DNA of 64,000 bases from Wenyingzhuangia sp. 2_MG-2023 (GCF_030548295.1 NZ_JAUOSB010000002.1:1-64000); one strand, 5' to 3'; shown: positions 41,107 through 51,817, counted from the stretch's first letter. The notes: a model not told the origin generated them from the letters alone. Program-made: numbers and translations.

Positions 41107-42366
41107 ATGGATACTACAACAATAAACTTTACAATTAACAACTTATGGATAATGATATCAATTGCATTGGTATTTATTATGCACCTAGGATTTTCTGCTT
41201 TAGAGGTGGGACTGGCCAGATCAAAAAATGCCATCAATATATTGTTTAAAAACTTTATGATTGTGGCTATCGGTTTGCTGACTTATACCATTAGTGGTTT
41301 CAACTTAATGTACCCAGGTTTTGAAGAATCTAGTATTGGAATATTTAGCTTTTCTGGATTTGGATTGACTTTACCAGAAAATGGTCTTACAGTTGATTAC
41401 AATGGTAGTTTTACTTATTGGACAGACTTTTTGTTTCAAGGAATGTTTGCAGCAACCGCAGCAACCATTGTTTCTGGAGCTGTTGCTGAAAGAATCAAAC
41501 TAAATGCTTTTTTAATCTTTTCAGTTTTTTATGTAGGAGTCATCTACCCTATTATCGGTTCTTGGGGATGGGGAGGCGGATTTCTTAGCAAAATGGGATT
41601 CTATGATTTTGCTGGATCAACTTTTGTACATTCTGTAGGTGGATGGGCTGCCGTAGTTGCCGTTATTCTGTTAGGACCTCGTTTGGGTAAATATTTAGCA
41701 GATGGAAGTATAAAACCTATTGTGGGACACAACATTCCATTAGCAGCATTAGGAGTCTTCTTATTGTGGTTTGGGTGGTTTGGCTTTAACGGAGGTTCAG
41801 TATTATCTGCAGATCCCGCTACTGTTTCTTTGGTTTTAGTTACAACTTCTTTAGCAGCTGCTGCTGGTATTTTAGCAGCTTTTATAACGTCGTACTTAAA
41901 ATTTAAAACATATGACATTACCATGGCTTTTAACGGTGCTTTGGCTGGTTTGGTAGGAATTACTGCAGGAGCAGATCTAATGTCTCCTCTAGATGCTATC
42001 ATTATTGGTTTTATAGCGGGTGTCATTATTGTTTTTGCAGTTGGAATTGTTGATCGATTGAAAATGGATGATCCTGTTGGAGCTATTGGAGTACATTTAA
42101 TTTGTGGTGTTTTTGGAACCCTTGCTGTTGGAATTTGGGGTGATAAAGGAGTTTTTAACACAGGATCTTTTACTCAATTAGGTACACAAGCCTTTGGGAT
42201 TATAGTGGTAGGAATCACTTGTTTGATTACTTCTTTTATAATTCTTTTTGCCATTAAAAAAACGGTTGGTTTAAGAGTTAGTGAAAAAGAAGAAAAACAA
42301 GGTTTGGATATTTTTGAACACGGAATGAATGCCTATGAGGACATCAATTTAAGTGACAACGATTGA
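41107..42366 (+). CDS. amt: Ammonium transporter, copy 2
   Basis: 419 aa. Amt signatures DFAGSTFVHSVGGWAAVVAVILLGPR and GFNGGS. Starts 4 bp after glnK copy 3. Confidence 0.9.
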   Translation: MDTTTINFTINNLWIMISIALVFIMHLGFSALEVGLARSKNAINILFKNFMIVAIGLLTYTISGFNLMYPGFEESSIGIFSFSGFGLTLPENGLTVDYNGSFTYWTDFLFQGMFAATAATIVSGAVAERIKLNAFLIFSVFYVGVIYPIIGSWGWGGGFLSKMGFYDFAGSTFVHSVGGWAAVVAVILLGPRLGKYLADGSIKPIVGHNIPLAALGVFLLWFGWFGFNGGSVLSADPATVSLVLVTTSLAAAAGILAAFITSYLKFKTYDITMAFNGALAGLVGITAGADLMSPLDAIIIGFIAGVIIVFAVGIVDRLKMDDPVGAIGVHLICGVFGTLAVGIWGDKGVFNTGSFTQLGTQAFGIIVVGITCLITSFIILFAIKKTVGLRVSEKEEKQGLDIFEHGMNAYEDINLSDND

Positions 42367-42390
42367 TTTTACTTGGTTTATAATATTTAA

Positions 42391-42432
42391 AAAAGGAAGG
42401 GAGCAAAATAGTATTGCTCCCTTCCTTTTTTT
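42391..42432. terminator. Bidirectional terminator (ggaagggagcaa..ttgctcccttcc with flanking A and T runs)
   Basis: Perfect 12-bp GC-containing stem followed by TTTTTTT. A second, weaker hairpin follows at 42455-42492. Confidence 0.75.
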
Positions 42433-42515
42433 GTTGCTAAAAATAGCAGTCAACAAAAAAGCCATAAATACAATAAGTACTTATGGCTTTTCTTATGTGT
42501 GTAAAAACTTATTTC

Positions 42516-42680
42516 TTACAATTTTCCTTTTTTAGCAGCAGCTTTCAATTGAATATTTTCAATGATAGTTCCTGTAATCCAATAAGGTACTACAAAAGTT
42601 AATAAGAAAATTAACAACCAAAAACCAGTTGTAAATACAAATAAGAATGCTAAAAATCCTGAGAATTGAGAAATATCCAT
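42516..42680 (-). CDS. Possible small single-TM membrane protein (54 aa), not in the ORF track
   Basis: ATG at 42680 to TAA at 42516 gives MDISQFSGFLAFLFVFTTGFWLLIFLLTFVVPYWITGTIIENIQLKAAAKKGKL. Low confidence. Confidence 0.25.
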   Translation of the reverse strand: MDISQFSGFLAFLFVFTTGFWLLIFLLTFVVPYWITGTIIENIQLKAAAKKGKL

Positions 42681-42768
42681 TTTATATTAAATCTTTTTCG
42701 TGAGTTATATACCTGCAAAAATAAACTTTTTTTAAATATAAAACTCTTAATTTATCAATAATTATCTA

Positions 42769-44085
42769 CTAAAAAACACCGTTGTTTAAGGCAACCAATG
42801 CTTCTTTTTTATTTACGGTACTTATCACCAAGGACACATTGTAATTTGATCCTCCGTAAGAAATCATACGAATAGGAATGTTAGACAAACTATTAAAAAT
42901 AGGTGTGCTAAGTCCTGTCTTTTGTTCCGAAAAATCTCCAGCCAAACAAACAATACTCAAATCTGTATCTACATCTACAGATCCTATTTCTTGTAGTTCT
43001 TCTATAATTTCATTCAAATAAGTAGTGTCATCAATTGTTACAGATACCGCAACCTCTGAAGTGGTAACCATATCAATAGAGGTTTTGTATTTCTCAAAAA
43101 CTTCAAAAATACCTTTCAAAAACCCATAAGCCATCAGCATTCTGAACGACTTTATTTTTATCGCTGTAATTCCGTCTTTAGCAGCAATTGCTCTTACTCC
43201 ATTTGGTACTTCGCAGTTTTTAATAATTGTACCTGGTGCTTTTGGTTCAAACGTATTTTTTAACAATACTGGTACATTTGCTTTACGTGCAGGAATTACA
43301 GATTGTGGGTGCAATATTTTAGCTCCAAAATAAGCCAACTCAGCAGCTTCGTCAAAAGAAAGTTCTTTTAATGAAAAAGTGTTTTCTACAAAACGAGGAT
43401 CGTTATTATGCATTCCATCAATATCTGTCCAAATCTGAATCTCCTCAGCTAAAATTGCTGCCCCTATCAAAGATGCGGAATAGTCAGATCCTCCCCTTTT
43501 TAAGTTGTCTATTTTTCCTGTATGGCTCAAACAGATGTAACCTTGAGTAACAAAGATTTCAATTCCTTCATTTGCTGCTACAATTTTACCATACGCTTCT
43601 GTTATTTTAGAAATTACAGGCTCGTTAGCATCATCAATAGCCATAAAATCAAAAGCAGAAACCAAAGTTGCACTTGCTCCTATTTCTTTCAAATGAAAAT
43701 GAAATAAATTGGTAGACAAAATTTCTCCTTGTGCTACAATGTTTTTCTCTATTTGAGTAGATGGAATTTCAATTCCAACATGTTCTCTTATAAATTCAAA
43801 TCGATCAGAAATCAAAGCAATTGCTTCATTCTGATTCGTTTTTTCTGTCAACAATTCATCAACAACATCTACATACTTACCAATCATTTGATCAATCAAG
43901 TCATTTGCTTCTTCTTCTCGGTAATTGATAATGTGATCCGAAATTTCGTGTAATGAATTTGTAGTACCTGACATAGCAGACAAAACAACAGTTTTCTGTC
44001 CCTCTACATTTCTAACAATGTTAGCTACTTCTTTTATACTCGAAGGGCTTCCTACGGAAGTTCCTCCAAATTTTAATACTTTCAT
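42769..44085 (-). CDS. lysC: Aspartate kinase
   Basis: MKVLKFGGTSVG start (ATG at 44085; the track start at 44151 is TTG). Amino-acid kinase domain plus two C-terminal ACT domains. Confidence 0.85.
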   Translation of the reverse strand: MKVLKFGGTSVGSPSSIKEVANIVRNVEGQKTVVLSAMSGTTNSLHEISDHIINYREEEANDLIDQMIGKYVDVVDELLTEKTNQNEAIALISDRFEFIREHVGIEIPSTQIEKNIVAQGEILSTNLFHFHLKEIGASATLVSAFDFMAIDDANEPVISKITEAYGKIVAANEGIEIFVTQGYICLSHTGKIDNLKRGGSDYSASLIGAAILAEEIQIWTDIDGMHNNDPRFVENTFSLKELSFDEAAELAYFGAKILHPQSVIPARKANVPVLLKNTFEPKAPGTIIKNCEVPNGVRAIAAKDGITAIKIKSFRMLMAYGFLKGIFEVFEKYKTSIDMVTTSEVAVSVTIDDTTYLNEIIEELQEIGSVDVDTDLSIVCLAGDFSEQKTGLSTPIFNSLSNIPIRMISYGGSNYNVSLVISTVNKKEALVALNNGVF

Positions 44086-44232
44086 AAATAATTTAGTTTC
44101 TAGTTTCTGTTTTTTTAATTTATTCTGAAAAATCCAGATAAAAAGATGCAAAGGTTCTATAATTGTATCATCTGTACAAGAAAATAATAATATCTTTACA
44201 TCTTATTACGAATTGTTAAAATTTGAACACGT

Positions 44233-44892
44233 ATGAAAACCATACAGGAATCGGTTGAGGGAATTATCCGAAAAACGCCTTTTTTGGAAGAAGCTTTAAA
44301 TGACAAATTAATCAATGTCTCTTCATTGGCAAGAGTCATACAACCAGATGTAGAAAAGGATCTAAACAAAGAAGTAAAATCTGGAGCTATCATGATGGCT
44401 ATCAACAGACTTTCTCCTTCAAGTATCTTAAAAATTCGAAAAAACATCAAAAAGATAACCCTTACTTTGGGTGATTTTATTGTACGTTCAGACTTGGGGA
44501 ATTTCACCTACAAGAATACTCCTACATTGTTGAAATGCATTGGTGATTTGATCAATGAATTTGGAGAGGACAAAGATTATTTCTTTACGATATCTCAAGG
44601 TATTTTTGAGACAACAATTATCACCAGTAAAAAACTTCACAACAAAGTTGCTGAGATTTTTAAATCTGAACAAATATTGTCTAATTCAGAAGATTTGGCT
44701 TCTATCACCATTAAATTACCGAAAGCCAATTCAGAACAGTCTGGTATTTATTATTTTATTTTAAAGCAATTAGCTTGGGCAGACATTCCTGTACAAGAAA
44801 TTATTTCTACCACCCACGAAATTACTATTGTGGTGAAAGAAATAGACATTAACAAAACTTTTTCTATATTGATTGATATGAAAAAGAATTAA
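44233..44892 (+). CDS. Hypothetical protein (possibly an ACT-like regulatory domain protein)
   Basis: 219 aa ORF. No firm motif. Confidence 0.35.
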   Translation: MKTIQESVEGIIRKTPFLEEALNDKLINVSSLARVIQPDVEKDLNKEVKSGAIMMAINRLSPSSILKIRKNIKKITLTLGDFIVRSDLGNFTYKNTPTLLKCIGDLINEFGEDKDYFFTISQGIFETTIITSKKLHNKVAEIFKSEQILSNSEDLASITIKLPKANSEQSGIYYFILKQLAWADIPVQEIISTTHEITIVVKEIDINKTFSILIDMKKN

Positions 44893-44914
44893 AGTTCAAT
44901 CCCCTTACAACTCA

Positions 44915-44955
44915 TAAAAAAACTCCAATAAATTAAAATTTATTGGAGTTTTTAT
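44915..44955. terminator. Bidirectional terminator (ctccaataaatt..aatttattggag)
   Basis: A-run, then hairpin, then T-run, between convergent genes. Confidence 0.65.
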
Positions 44956-44971
44956 TTTTATAAAATTCAGA

Positions 44972-45787
44972 CTATTCTTGATCTTCAAAAGCCTCCATAA
45001 TTTCGTTAGAAACTCCCATATTAGAGAATCCACCATCATGAAATAAGTTTTGTAAAGTTACTTTTTTAGTCAAATCAGAAAACAATGTAATCGTATAATC
45101 TGCACAATCTTGAGCAGAAGCATTTCCTAGTGGAGACATTTTTTCTGCATAGTTGATAAACCCAGAGAATCCTTTTACCCCGTTACCAGCAGTAGTTGCA
45201 GTAGGAGATTGAGAAATTGTATTTACACGTACCTTGTGATCTTTACCAAAGAAATATCCAAAAGAACGAGCAACAGACTCTAAATAAGCTTTGTTATCTG
45301 CCATATCATTGTAATCAGGAAAAACTCTTTGAGCAGCCATATAAGTCAACGCTACAATAGACCCCCATTCTGCCATGGCATTTTTCTTATACAATACTTG
45401 CATTACTTTGTGAAAAGACAACGCAGAAATATCAAAACCTTTGTGAGTAAAATCGTAGTTATTTTCTGTGTAGTGAATTTTTTTACGCACGTTTACAGAC
45501 ATTCCAATAGAGTGCAATACAAAATCAATTTTACCACCTAAAATTTCAAGTGATTTTTCAATTAAATTTTCGATGTCTTCCATTTTAGTAACATCTGCAG
45601 GAACAATTTGAGAACCAGTTTTTTCTGCCAACTCATTAATTTCTCCCATACGCATAGCAATAGGTGCGTTTGTTAAAACGAACTCAGCTCCATTTGCGTG
45701 AGCAGTTTCTGCAACCTTCCAAGCAATAGAATTTGAATCTAAAGCTCCAAAAATAATTCCCTTTTTTCCTTTTAATAAATTGTACAT
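44972..45787 (-). CDS. fabI: Enoyl-[acyl-carrier-protein] reductase (NADH), FabI type
   Basis: MYNLLKGKKGIIFGALDSNSIAWKVA (Rossmann fold), and YM..AK-type catalytic residues (YMAAQRV..., K). Confidence 0.85.
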   Translation of the reverse strand: MYNLLKGKKGIIFGALDSNSIAWKVAETAHANGAEFVLTNAPIAMRMGEINELAEKTGSQIVPADVTKMEDIENLIEKSLEILGGKIDFVLHSIGMSVNVRKKIHYTENNYDFTHKGFDISALSFHKVMQVLYKKNAMAEWGSIVALTYMAAQRVFPDYNDMADNKAYLESVARSFGYFFGKDHKVRVNTISQSPTATTAGNGVKGFSGFINYAEKMSPLGNASAQDCADYTITLFSDLTKKVTLQNLFHDGGFSNMGVSNEIMEAFEDQE

Positions 45788-45842
45788 ATGTATCGTTTGT
45801 ATTATTCGTAGTTATTCTGACTGCAAATATAATGGATTCTAA

Positions 45843-47501
45843 TTAAATACTTAATAATTGCTGAGCGTGTTCTAAAGCAGATTGAGTTTTTTCCTTTCCT
45901 CCTAACATTTCTGCTATTTCATGTACTCTTTCTTCAGTGCTAAGCTGTGTCAAATGCGTTACGGTTTCTTCTCCTTCTACCTCTTTGTAAACTTTATAAT
46001 GAATGTGCCCTTTTGCTGCTACCTGTGGCAAATGCGTAATGGTAATTACTTGCATATTTTTCCCCATAGCTTGCATTAAGTCTGCAATTTTAGTTGCAAT
46101 ATCTCCAGAAACTCCAGTATCAATTTCATCAAATAAGATGGTAGGAAGGTGTACAAACTTTGATAAAATCATTTTAATTCCCAACATTATTCTAGACAAT
46201 TCTCCTCCAGATGCTACTTTTTTCAACAATCCAAAGTCAGAGCCTTTGTTAGATGATAACAAGAAAGAAACATCATCTACTCCATAGTCTGTAAACTCTT
46301 TTGCTGTGGTAATATCAACTTTAAACTGTGCATTTTCCATTCCCAAAACGGCTAAAATTTGCTCCAATTCCACTTGCAATTGATTCACAATTTTTTTTCT
46401 ATTGCTAGACAATTTTTTCGCAAATTCTGAAATTTGTTTTTTAGACAAATCAACTTGTTTTTCTGCTGCTACTAGCAAATCTGCTGCATCTTCTACTTGC
46501 CCAACTTTTACTGCCAATGTTTCTCTTACTACTATCAAATCTTCTATAGAAGATACAAAATGTTTCTTTTGCAAATCAAACAGTAAAGTCAAACGCTGAT
46601 TCATTCTTTCCAATTCATCTGGGTCAATATCAACTTTTTCAGCTTGTTTTTCCAACTCAAAAACCAAATCATCCAATTCAATTTTTAAACTTTTAGCTCG
46701 TTCTGACAAAGACGCATAACTCGCATCATAAGGAGCTATTTTTGATAATGATAATTGAAATCTTCCTAAAAGTGATTGAACTCCTATTTCTTCTTCACTA
46801 GCAACTTGTAAACTATCAAACAAATTGATTTTAATTTCTTCTGCATGAGATAATTTTTCAATTTCTGCTTCTAATGTTTCTATCTCATCCAATTCTTTCA
46901 ATTTAGCACTCTGTAATTCTTGATACAAATGCAAATTGTATTCGTACTGTTGTTGTGCCTCTTCTTGACTTATTTTTAAATTTTCTAATTTTTTAACAAC
47001 AGCCTTATAATTTTTCAAAGCGCTTTTGTACGTTTTTAGCAAATCTAAATTTCCCGCCAAGGCATCTACAATATAATATTGATAGTTTTTGTCTGACAAA
47101 GCCATCGTATTGTGCTGAGAGTGGATGTCTAACAAATACTCTTTTAAAGCTTGTAGTGATTTTAAGTTGACAGGAGTATCGTTTATAAAAGCTCTTGTTT
47201 TTCCGCTTGGCAACAATTCTCTTCTTACAATTGTATTGGCTTCGTAATCCAATTCTAAATCTTCAAAAATGCTTTCTAATTGATAAGCTTGTATTTGAAA
47301 CTCTGCTTCAATAACGCATTTTTCAGTCTTATCTTTTAAATGAGTTAAGTCTGCTCTGTTTCCCAAAACCAAACCTAAAGCACCTAATAATATAGATTTT
47401 CCTGCTCCCGTTTCACCGGTGATTACAGAATATCCTTCAGAAAAATCTACTTGTAATCTCTTGATCAAAGCATAGTTTTGAACAGTTAATGAAACTAACA
47501 T
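45843..47501 (-). CDS. recN: DNA repair protein RecN
   Basis: 552 aa. N-terminal Walker A GETGAGKSILLGAL, central coiled coil, and a C-terminal signature/Walker B region. Confidence 0.9.
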   Translation of the reverse strand: MLVSLTVQNYALIKRLQVDFSEGYSVITGETGAGKSILLGALGLVLGNRADLTHLKDKTEKCVIEAEFQIQAYQLESIFEDLELDYEANTIVRRELLPSGKTRAFINDTPVNLKSLQALKEYLLDIHSQHNTMALSDKNYQYYIVDALAGNLDLLKTYKSALKNYKAVVKKLENLKISQEEAQQQYEYNLHLYQELQSAKLKELDEIETLEAEIEKLSHAEEIKINLFDSLQVASEEEIGVQSLLGRFQLSLSKIAPYDASYASLSERAKSLKIELDDLVFELEKQAEKVDIDPDELERMNQRLTLLFDLQKKHFVSSIEDLIVVRETLAVKVGQVEDAADLLVAAEKQVDLSKKQISEFAKKLSSNRKKIVNQLQVELEQILAVLGMENAQFKVDITTAKEFTDYGVDDVSFLLSSNKGSDFGLLKKVASGGELSRIMLGIKMILSKFVHLPTILFDEIDTGVSGDIATKIADLMQAMGKNMQVITITHLPQVAAKGHIHYKVYKEVEGEETVTHLTQLSTEERVHEIAEMLGGKEKTQSALEHAQQLLSI

Positions 47502-47517
47502 AAAAAAGTATTAAATT

Positions 47518-48414
47518 TTAGTTGGTATAAATTTGTCTCCATTTTTTTGAGTTGTTAGGAGAAACTCTTTTTAAGACAGAAACCAATTCTGCCGTATCTA
47601 TATTTCTATTTTTTCGAAACATATTTACAATCTCGTCCGATTTGGCATCGGTAAACAACCTGATGGCAATATTGTTTGGATTGGCATCGTAAATATCTTT
47701 CAAAATCAATAGTTTTTTTACAATTTTACCTGCTGCTATTTTCTGATTGCGTTCAAAAGCATCTAAGCATTCGTAATGATAATTGTAAAATAATTCTCTA
47801 TAAAGTTCATTTTCACTCGCTAACAATTGATCTACCAAAGTAAAACGAGAAATGTTTATTTTAGAATTTTCCCACCCAATATAACCAGATTGTTGTGCTT
47901 GATTTACGATTGCAAGTGCAGTGTTTAAATAAGGTTCTCCCCCTTTTAAATCAAAGCTATCTACGTAAATACCTAAAATCATATAAGTGTAATAAGTAAT
48001 CACCGAAACCAAATTAGAATCAAAACCATTAGGGTTGTAATTTAATGGTTGGTACTCTGTATAATTAAAAGAAAAACTATCGTCTTTGTAATTAAAAATA
48101 GGGCTGTAATAAGTAGAATTAAAAACAGGTCTCGATGCTTGTATCTGTATACTTCCTTTGTAAGAATTTGTGCCTGTTTGCTCCGTTAACAGCAGTGTAA
48201 AAGAACATTTGATTCGCTCATGATCTTTAAACTTTATATCTGTCCATTTTTTTTGATTGACAAATTCTGTTAAAGAATTTTCCAATGTTTGAAATATTCT
48301 GTTGTTAGATACAGCTATTTTATCTGCATTTACAGTTACACTACAATTCAATTCTTGTGCTTTTACAGTTGTAAAAACGATAAGAAACAAACCTAAGAGA
48401 AACTGCTTAAACAT
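47518..48414 (-). CDS. DUF4835-like secreted protein
   Basis: Signal peptide. Sits in the conserved position between recN and coaBC, as in other Flavobacteriia. Confidence 0.45.
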   Translation of the reverse strand: MFKQFLLGLFLIVFTTVKAQELNCSVTVNADKIAVSNNRIFQTLENSLTEFVNQKKWTDIKFKDHERIKCSFTLLLTEQTGTNSYKGSIQIQASRPVFNSTYYSPIFNYKDDSFSFNYTEYQPLNYNPNGFDSNLVSVITYYTYMILGIYVDSFDLKGGEPYLNTALAIVNQAQQSGYIGWENSKINISRFTLVDQLLASENELYRELFYNYHYECLDAFERNQKIAAGKIVKKLLILKDIYDANPNNIAIRLFTDAKSDEIVNMFRKNRNIDTAELVSVLKRVSPNNSKKWRQIYTN

Positions 48415-49618
48415 GTAGTTTTTGAATTATGACTGTTAGAATGTCTTTTGCAACATCTGGTTTTGATTTTGTGTCAAACTTCTGTATGCTAAAATCCTTA
48501 TCAATAATAGTAATTTTATTGGTATCTTTTGCAAAACCTGCACCTTTATCTCTCAAAGAATTTAAGACTATAAAATCTAAATTCTTTCTCTCAATTTTTC
48601 CTTTTGCATTTTCTTCTTCATTGTCTGTTTCTAATGCAAAACCAACCAATAACTGATGTTTTTTTTCAACTCCTAATGAAGCTAAAATATCTTTTGTTGG
48701 AACTAGTTCTATCTGTAAACTGGCATCTTTTTTCTTTATCTTCTGATCAGCAACATGAGCGGGTTTGTAATCTGCAACAGCCGCAGAACAAACCGCAACA
48801 TCAACCGTTTTGTAATGATCATGACAAGCATGGTACATATCATCCGCAGAAATCACATCAATACGTTTTACTAAAGAATGTGAAATTTGTTGGTAAGAAG
48901 GTCCCGTAATTAAAATAACCTCAGCTCCTAAATTGGCTGCTGCTTTAGCAAGTTCAAACCCCATTTTTCCAGAGGAATGATTCCCTATAAAACGAACAGG
49001 ATCAATTGCTTCATAAGTAGGTCCAGCAGTAATCAAAACTTTTTTCCCTTTTAACGGAAGCTTTGATAAACTATCTTTTTCAATAAAAGCAACAATATCT
49101 TCAGGTTCAGCCAATCTTCCTTCTCCTACCAATCCACTAGCCAATTCTCCACTAGTTGCAGGAATAAAAATATGACCAAACTCTGTTAATTTTTGAATAC
49201 TTGTTTTTGTAGAGGGATGTTGGTACATATCCAAATCCATTGCTGGAGCAAAGTACACTGGACATTTGGCTGATAAATAGGTAGCCAACAATAAATTATC
49301 ACATACACCATTGGTCATTTTCGCCAAGGTATTTGCTGTAGCAGGAGCTATCAACATAATGTCTGCCCACAAACCCAAATCTACATGATTGTTCCACACA
49401 GCATTTTCATCCTCTTCATGATAAAAAGTAGAATGTACTGGATTTTTGGACAAAGTAGAAAGTGTCAGCGGAGTGATAAATTCTTTAGAAGCAGGTGTTT
49501 GTACTACTTGCACTTCTGCACCTGCTTTTATAAATTGCCTTACTAAATGAGCTGTTTTGTAGGCTGCAATGCCTGCACTAACCCCCAACAAAACTTTCTT
49601 CCCACTTAATACACTCAT
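48407..49618 (-). CDS. coaBC: Bifunctional phosphopantothenoylcysteine decarboxylase / phosphopantothenate-cysteine ligase
   Basis: 403 aa. N-terminal flavoprotein domain (GVSAGIAAYK) and a C-terminal CoaB domain. Confidence 0.9.
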   Translation of the reverse strand: MSVLSGKKVLLGVSAGIAAYKTAHLVRQFIKAGAEVQVVQTPASKEFITPLTLSTLSKNPVHSTFYHEEDENAVWNNHVDLGLWADIMLIAPATANTLAKMTNGVCDNLLLATYLSAKCPVYFAPAMDLDMYQHPSTKTSIQKLTEFGHIFIPATSGELASGLVGEGRLAEPEDIVAFIEKDSLSKLPLKGKKVLITAGPTYEAIDPVRFIGNHSSGKMGFELAKAAANLGAEVILITGPSYQQISHSLVKRIDVISADDMYHACHDHYKTVDVAVCSAAVADYKPAHVADQKIKKKDASLQIELVPTKDILASLGVEKKHQLLVGFALETDNEEENAKGKIERKNLDFIVLNSLRDKGAGFAKDTNKITIIDKDFSIQKFDTKSKPDVAKDILTVIIQKLHV

Positions 49619-49625
49619 AGAATAA

Positions 49626-49952
49626 CTATTCTTGTTCTGTAGTTGCTCTTCTGTAGTAAACTTTTCCTTCTAACCATTCTTCTGCTGCAATGGCATGTGG
49701 TTTAGGTAATTTTTCGTAAAACTTAGATACCTCTATTTGTTCTTTGTTTTCAAAAACCTCTTCCAAACTGTCGTTGTAAGTTGCAAACTCATCCAATTTG
49801 TCTACCAACTCTTTTTTCAAATCACTTCCTACTTGTGTAGCTCTTTGAGCTATAATAGCAATTGCTTCGTAAATATTTTGAGTTGGTGCTTCTACTTTAG
49901 ATTTGTCATACGTAATTGTAGACAAAGGAGCTTCTGTTTTTTTATAATCCAT
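49626..49952 (-). CDS. rpoZ: DNA-directed RNA polymerase subunit omega (Bacteroidetes type)
   Basis: 108 aa. NIYEAIAIIAQRATQ matches the omega core helix. Conserved position between bamD and coaBC. Confidence 0.65.
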   Translation of the reverse strand: MDYKKTEAPLSTITYDKSKVEAPTQNIYEAIAIIAQRATQVGSDLKKELVDKLDEFATYNDSLEEVFENKEQIEVSKFYEKLPKPHAIAAEEWLEGKVYYRRATTEQE

Positions 49953-49957
49953 AATTC

Positions 49958-50770
49958 TTAACTGTTTAGTTCGGGTTTTGCCTGATTGAATTTGTCCAAT
50001 TTCTCGAACAAATCATCAGCTTCGTTTAAATATTTTGATGTAGGAAAAGCTTTTTTATATCTATTATAAACTCTAATCGCTTCTTTAATCCTTTCTTCTT
50101 TTTTATAATCTACACTATTTACTCCTAATAAATATGCTGATTTGAATTTGTAAAACATCGCTTCCTCTTTGAATGATGTTCCTAAATAATCCAAAATTAC
50201 ATTGTCAAAAGCAACAATAGCAGATTTATAATTTCCTATTTTATAATACTGTTTTGCTATTTCAAAAGATTTTTTTTCTAGTTTAAAACTAAGATCTTCC
50301 ATTCTTTTGTTAGCCTCTTCTAATCTTTCTGAATCTGGATTTTCATCTATAAAATTTTGAAAAGCTGCCATCGCTTTTCTTGTGTCTTTTTGATCAACAC
50401 TAAACTTTGGCGATAATTGATAATAGTTTTCAGCAATCAAAAATTGTGCGGTTCCTATCTCAGTGCTTTTAGGGTAACTTCTGATAAATTTTTCGTAGTA
50501 GTACACTGCTGTCAAATAATCTTTGGTTTTGTAATTTGACTCTGCCAAACGAAAAATAATTGCTTCGCTTTGTGGCTTGGCAGCGTATGATGGTAAAATT
50601 AATTCGTACAAGCGTATTGCTTTATCAAAAGAACCTTCTTTGTACATTTTATTCGCTAAAATGTAACGCTCAGAATTTGTTCCCTTGTTTAGTACTTTAT
50701 TGTATTCTCCACAAGAGTTTAACAACAGTAAGGTCATAAAAACCAAACTACACTTAAAAATTTTTATCAT
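49958..50770 (-). CDS. bamD: Outer membrane protein assembly factor BamD (TPR lipoprotein)
   Basis: Lipobox LLLNSCG and TPR repeats. Confidence 0.8.
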   Translation of the reverse strand: MIKIFKCSLVFMTLLLLNSCGEYNKVLNKGTNSERYILANKMYKEGSFDKAIRLYELILPSYAAKPQSEAIIFRLAESNYKTKDYLTAVYYYEKFIRSYPKSTEIGTAQFLIAENYYQLSPKFSVDQKDTRKAMAAFQNFIDENPDSERLEEANKRMEDLSFKLEKKSFEIAKQYYKIGNYKSAIVAFDNVILDYLGTSFKEEAMFYKFKSAYLLGVNSVDYKKEERIKEAIRVYNRYKKAFPTSKYLNEADDLFEKLDKFNQAKPELNS

Positions 50771-50779
50771 AATTATTGT

Positions 50780-51664
50780 TTATGAGGCAACGTAGAATGC
50801 TTCTACAAATTGTCTCAATTCATTTTTTAATCCTGAGGTAGCTTCTACCAATGGCAATCTTACAGTGCTAGATGACAATCCTAAAATTTCAAGCAAGGCT
50901 TTTACACCTACTGGGTTTCCTTCCGAAAAAATCAAATCTATACTGTCTTGAATCTTATAATGCATTCTAAATGATTTTTTAGACTCCTCCAACAATCCTA
51001 AACGAATCATGTGTGAGAACTCTGACGGAAACGCTTGACCAATAACAGAAATTACTCCAGATCCTCCTGCCAATGTTATAGGCAATGCCAACATATCGTC
51101 ACCAGAAATTACTAAGAAGTCACTAGGTAAAGATTTGATCAATTTCAAAGCTTGATCCATATCCCCTTTTGCTTCTTTAATTCCTACGATGTTTGATATT
51201 TTTGACAATCTTACTACCGTTTTTGGAGAAACATTAGAACTTGTTCTTCCTGGTACATTGTACAAAATAATATCTATTGGACATGCTTCTGCAATGGCCT
51301 TAAAATGCTGGTATATTCCTTCTTGACTTGGTTTATTATAACAAGGTGAAACGGACAAAATTGCTTGATAAGGGCTTAAATCTGTTTCTTTTATTTCCTG
51401 TATAACCGCAGCAGTACTGTTCCCCCCAATACCCAAAACAACAGGTAATCTTCCCTTATTTGCATTAACTATGGTTTGTTTTACCAATTCTTTTTCTTCT
51501 TTTGTTAATGTAGCAGACTCAGCAGTAGTCCCAAGAACAACTAAATATTCTACAGCATTTTCTATCTGAAACTCTACAAGCTTTTCTAAAGCTTGTACAT
51601 CAACATTTCCATCGTGATCAAAAGGAGTTACCAAAGCAACACCTGTACCCAAAAAACTACTCAT
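50780..51664 (-). CDS. dapA: 4-hydroxy-tetrahydrodipicolinate synthase
   Basis: [14 protein letters not shown], and the TIM-barrel DapA signature. Confidence 0.9.
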   Translation of the reverse strand: MSSFLGTGVALVTPFDHDGNVDVQALEKLVEFQIENAVEYLVVLGTTAESATLTKEEKELVKQTIVNANKGRLPVVLGIGGNSTAAVIQEIKETDLSPYQAILSVSPCYNKPSQEGIYQHFKAIAEACPIDIILYNVPGRTSSNVSPKTVVRLSKISNIVGIKEAKGDMDQALKLIKSLPSDFLVISGDDMLALPITLAGGSGVISVIGQAFPSEFSHMIRLGLLEESKKSFRMHYKIQDSIDLIFSEGNPVGVKALLEILGLSSSTVRLPLVEATSGLKNELRQFVEAFYVAS

Positions 51665-51817
51665 ATTTTACTTATGCTCTTTAATAATTGTGCTAGCCTG
51701 CAAATTTAGTATTTTATTTAGAGAATATCCACTTAAAAAACAAGCATCATTCAGTTCCTTCAAAAATTTTAACATAAATAAAATATAAGTCGTTTTTTAA
51801 ACTCTATTTAAGCCCTA

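Noticed and set aside
41601-42161. 186-aa antisense ORF within amt copy 2
   Set aside because: It is entirely embedded in a confidently identified ammonium transporter. Its P/T/A-rich product is typical of the mirror frame of Gly/Ala-rich TM coding sequence.
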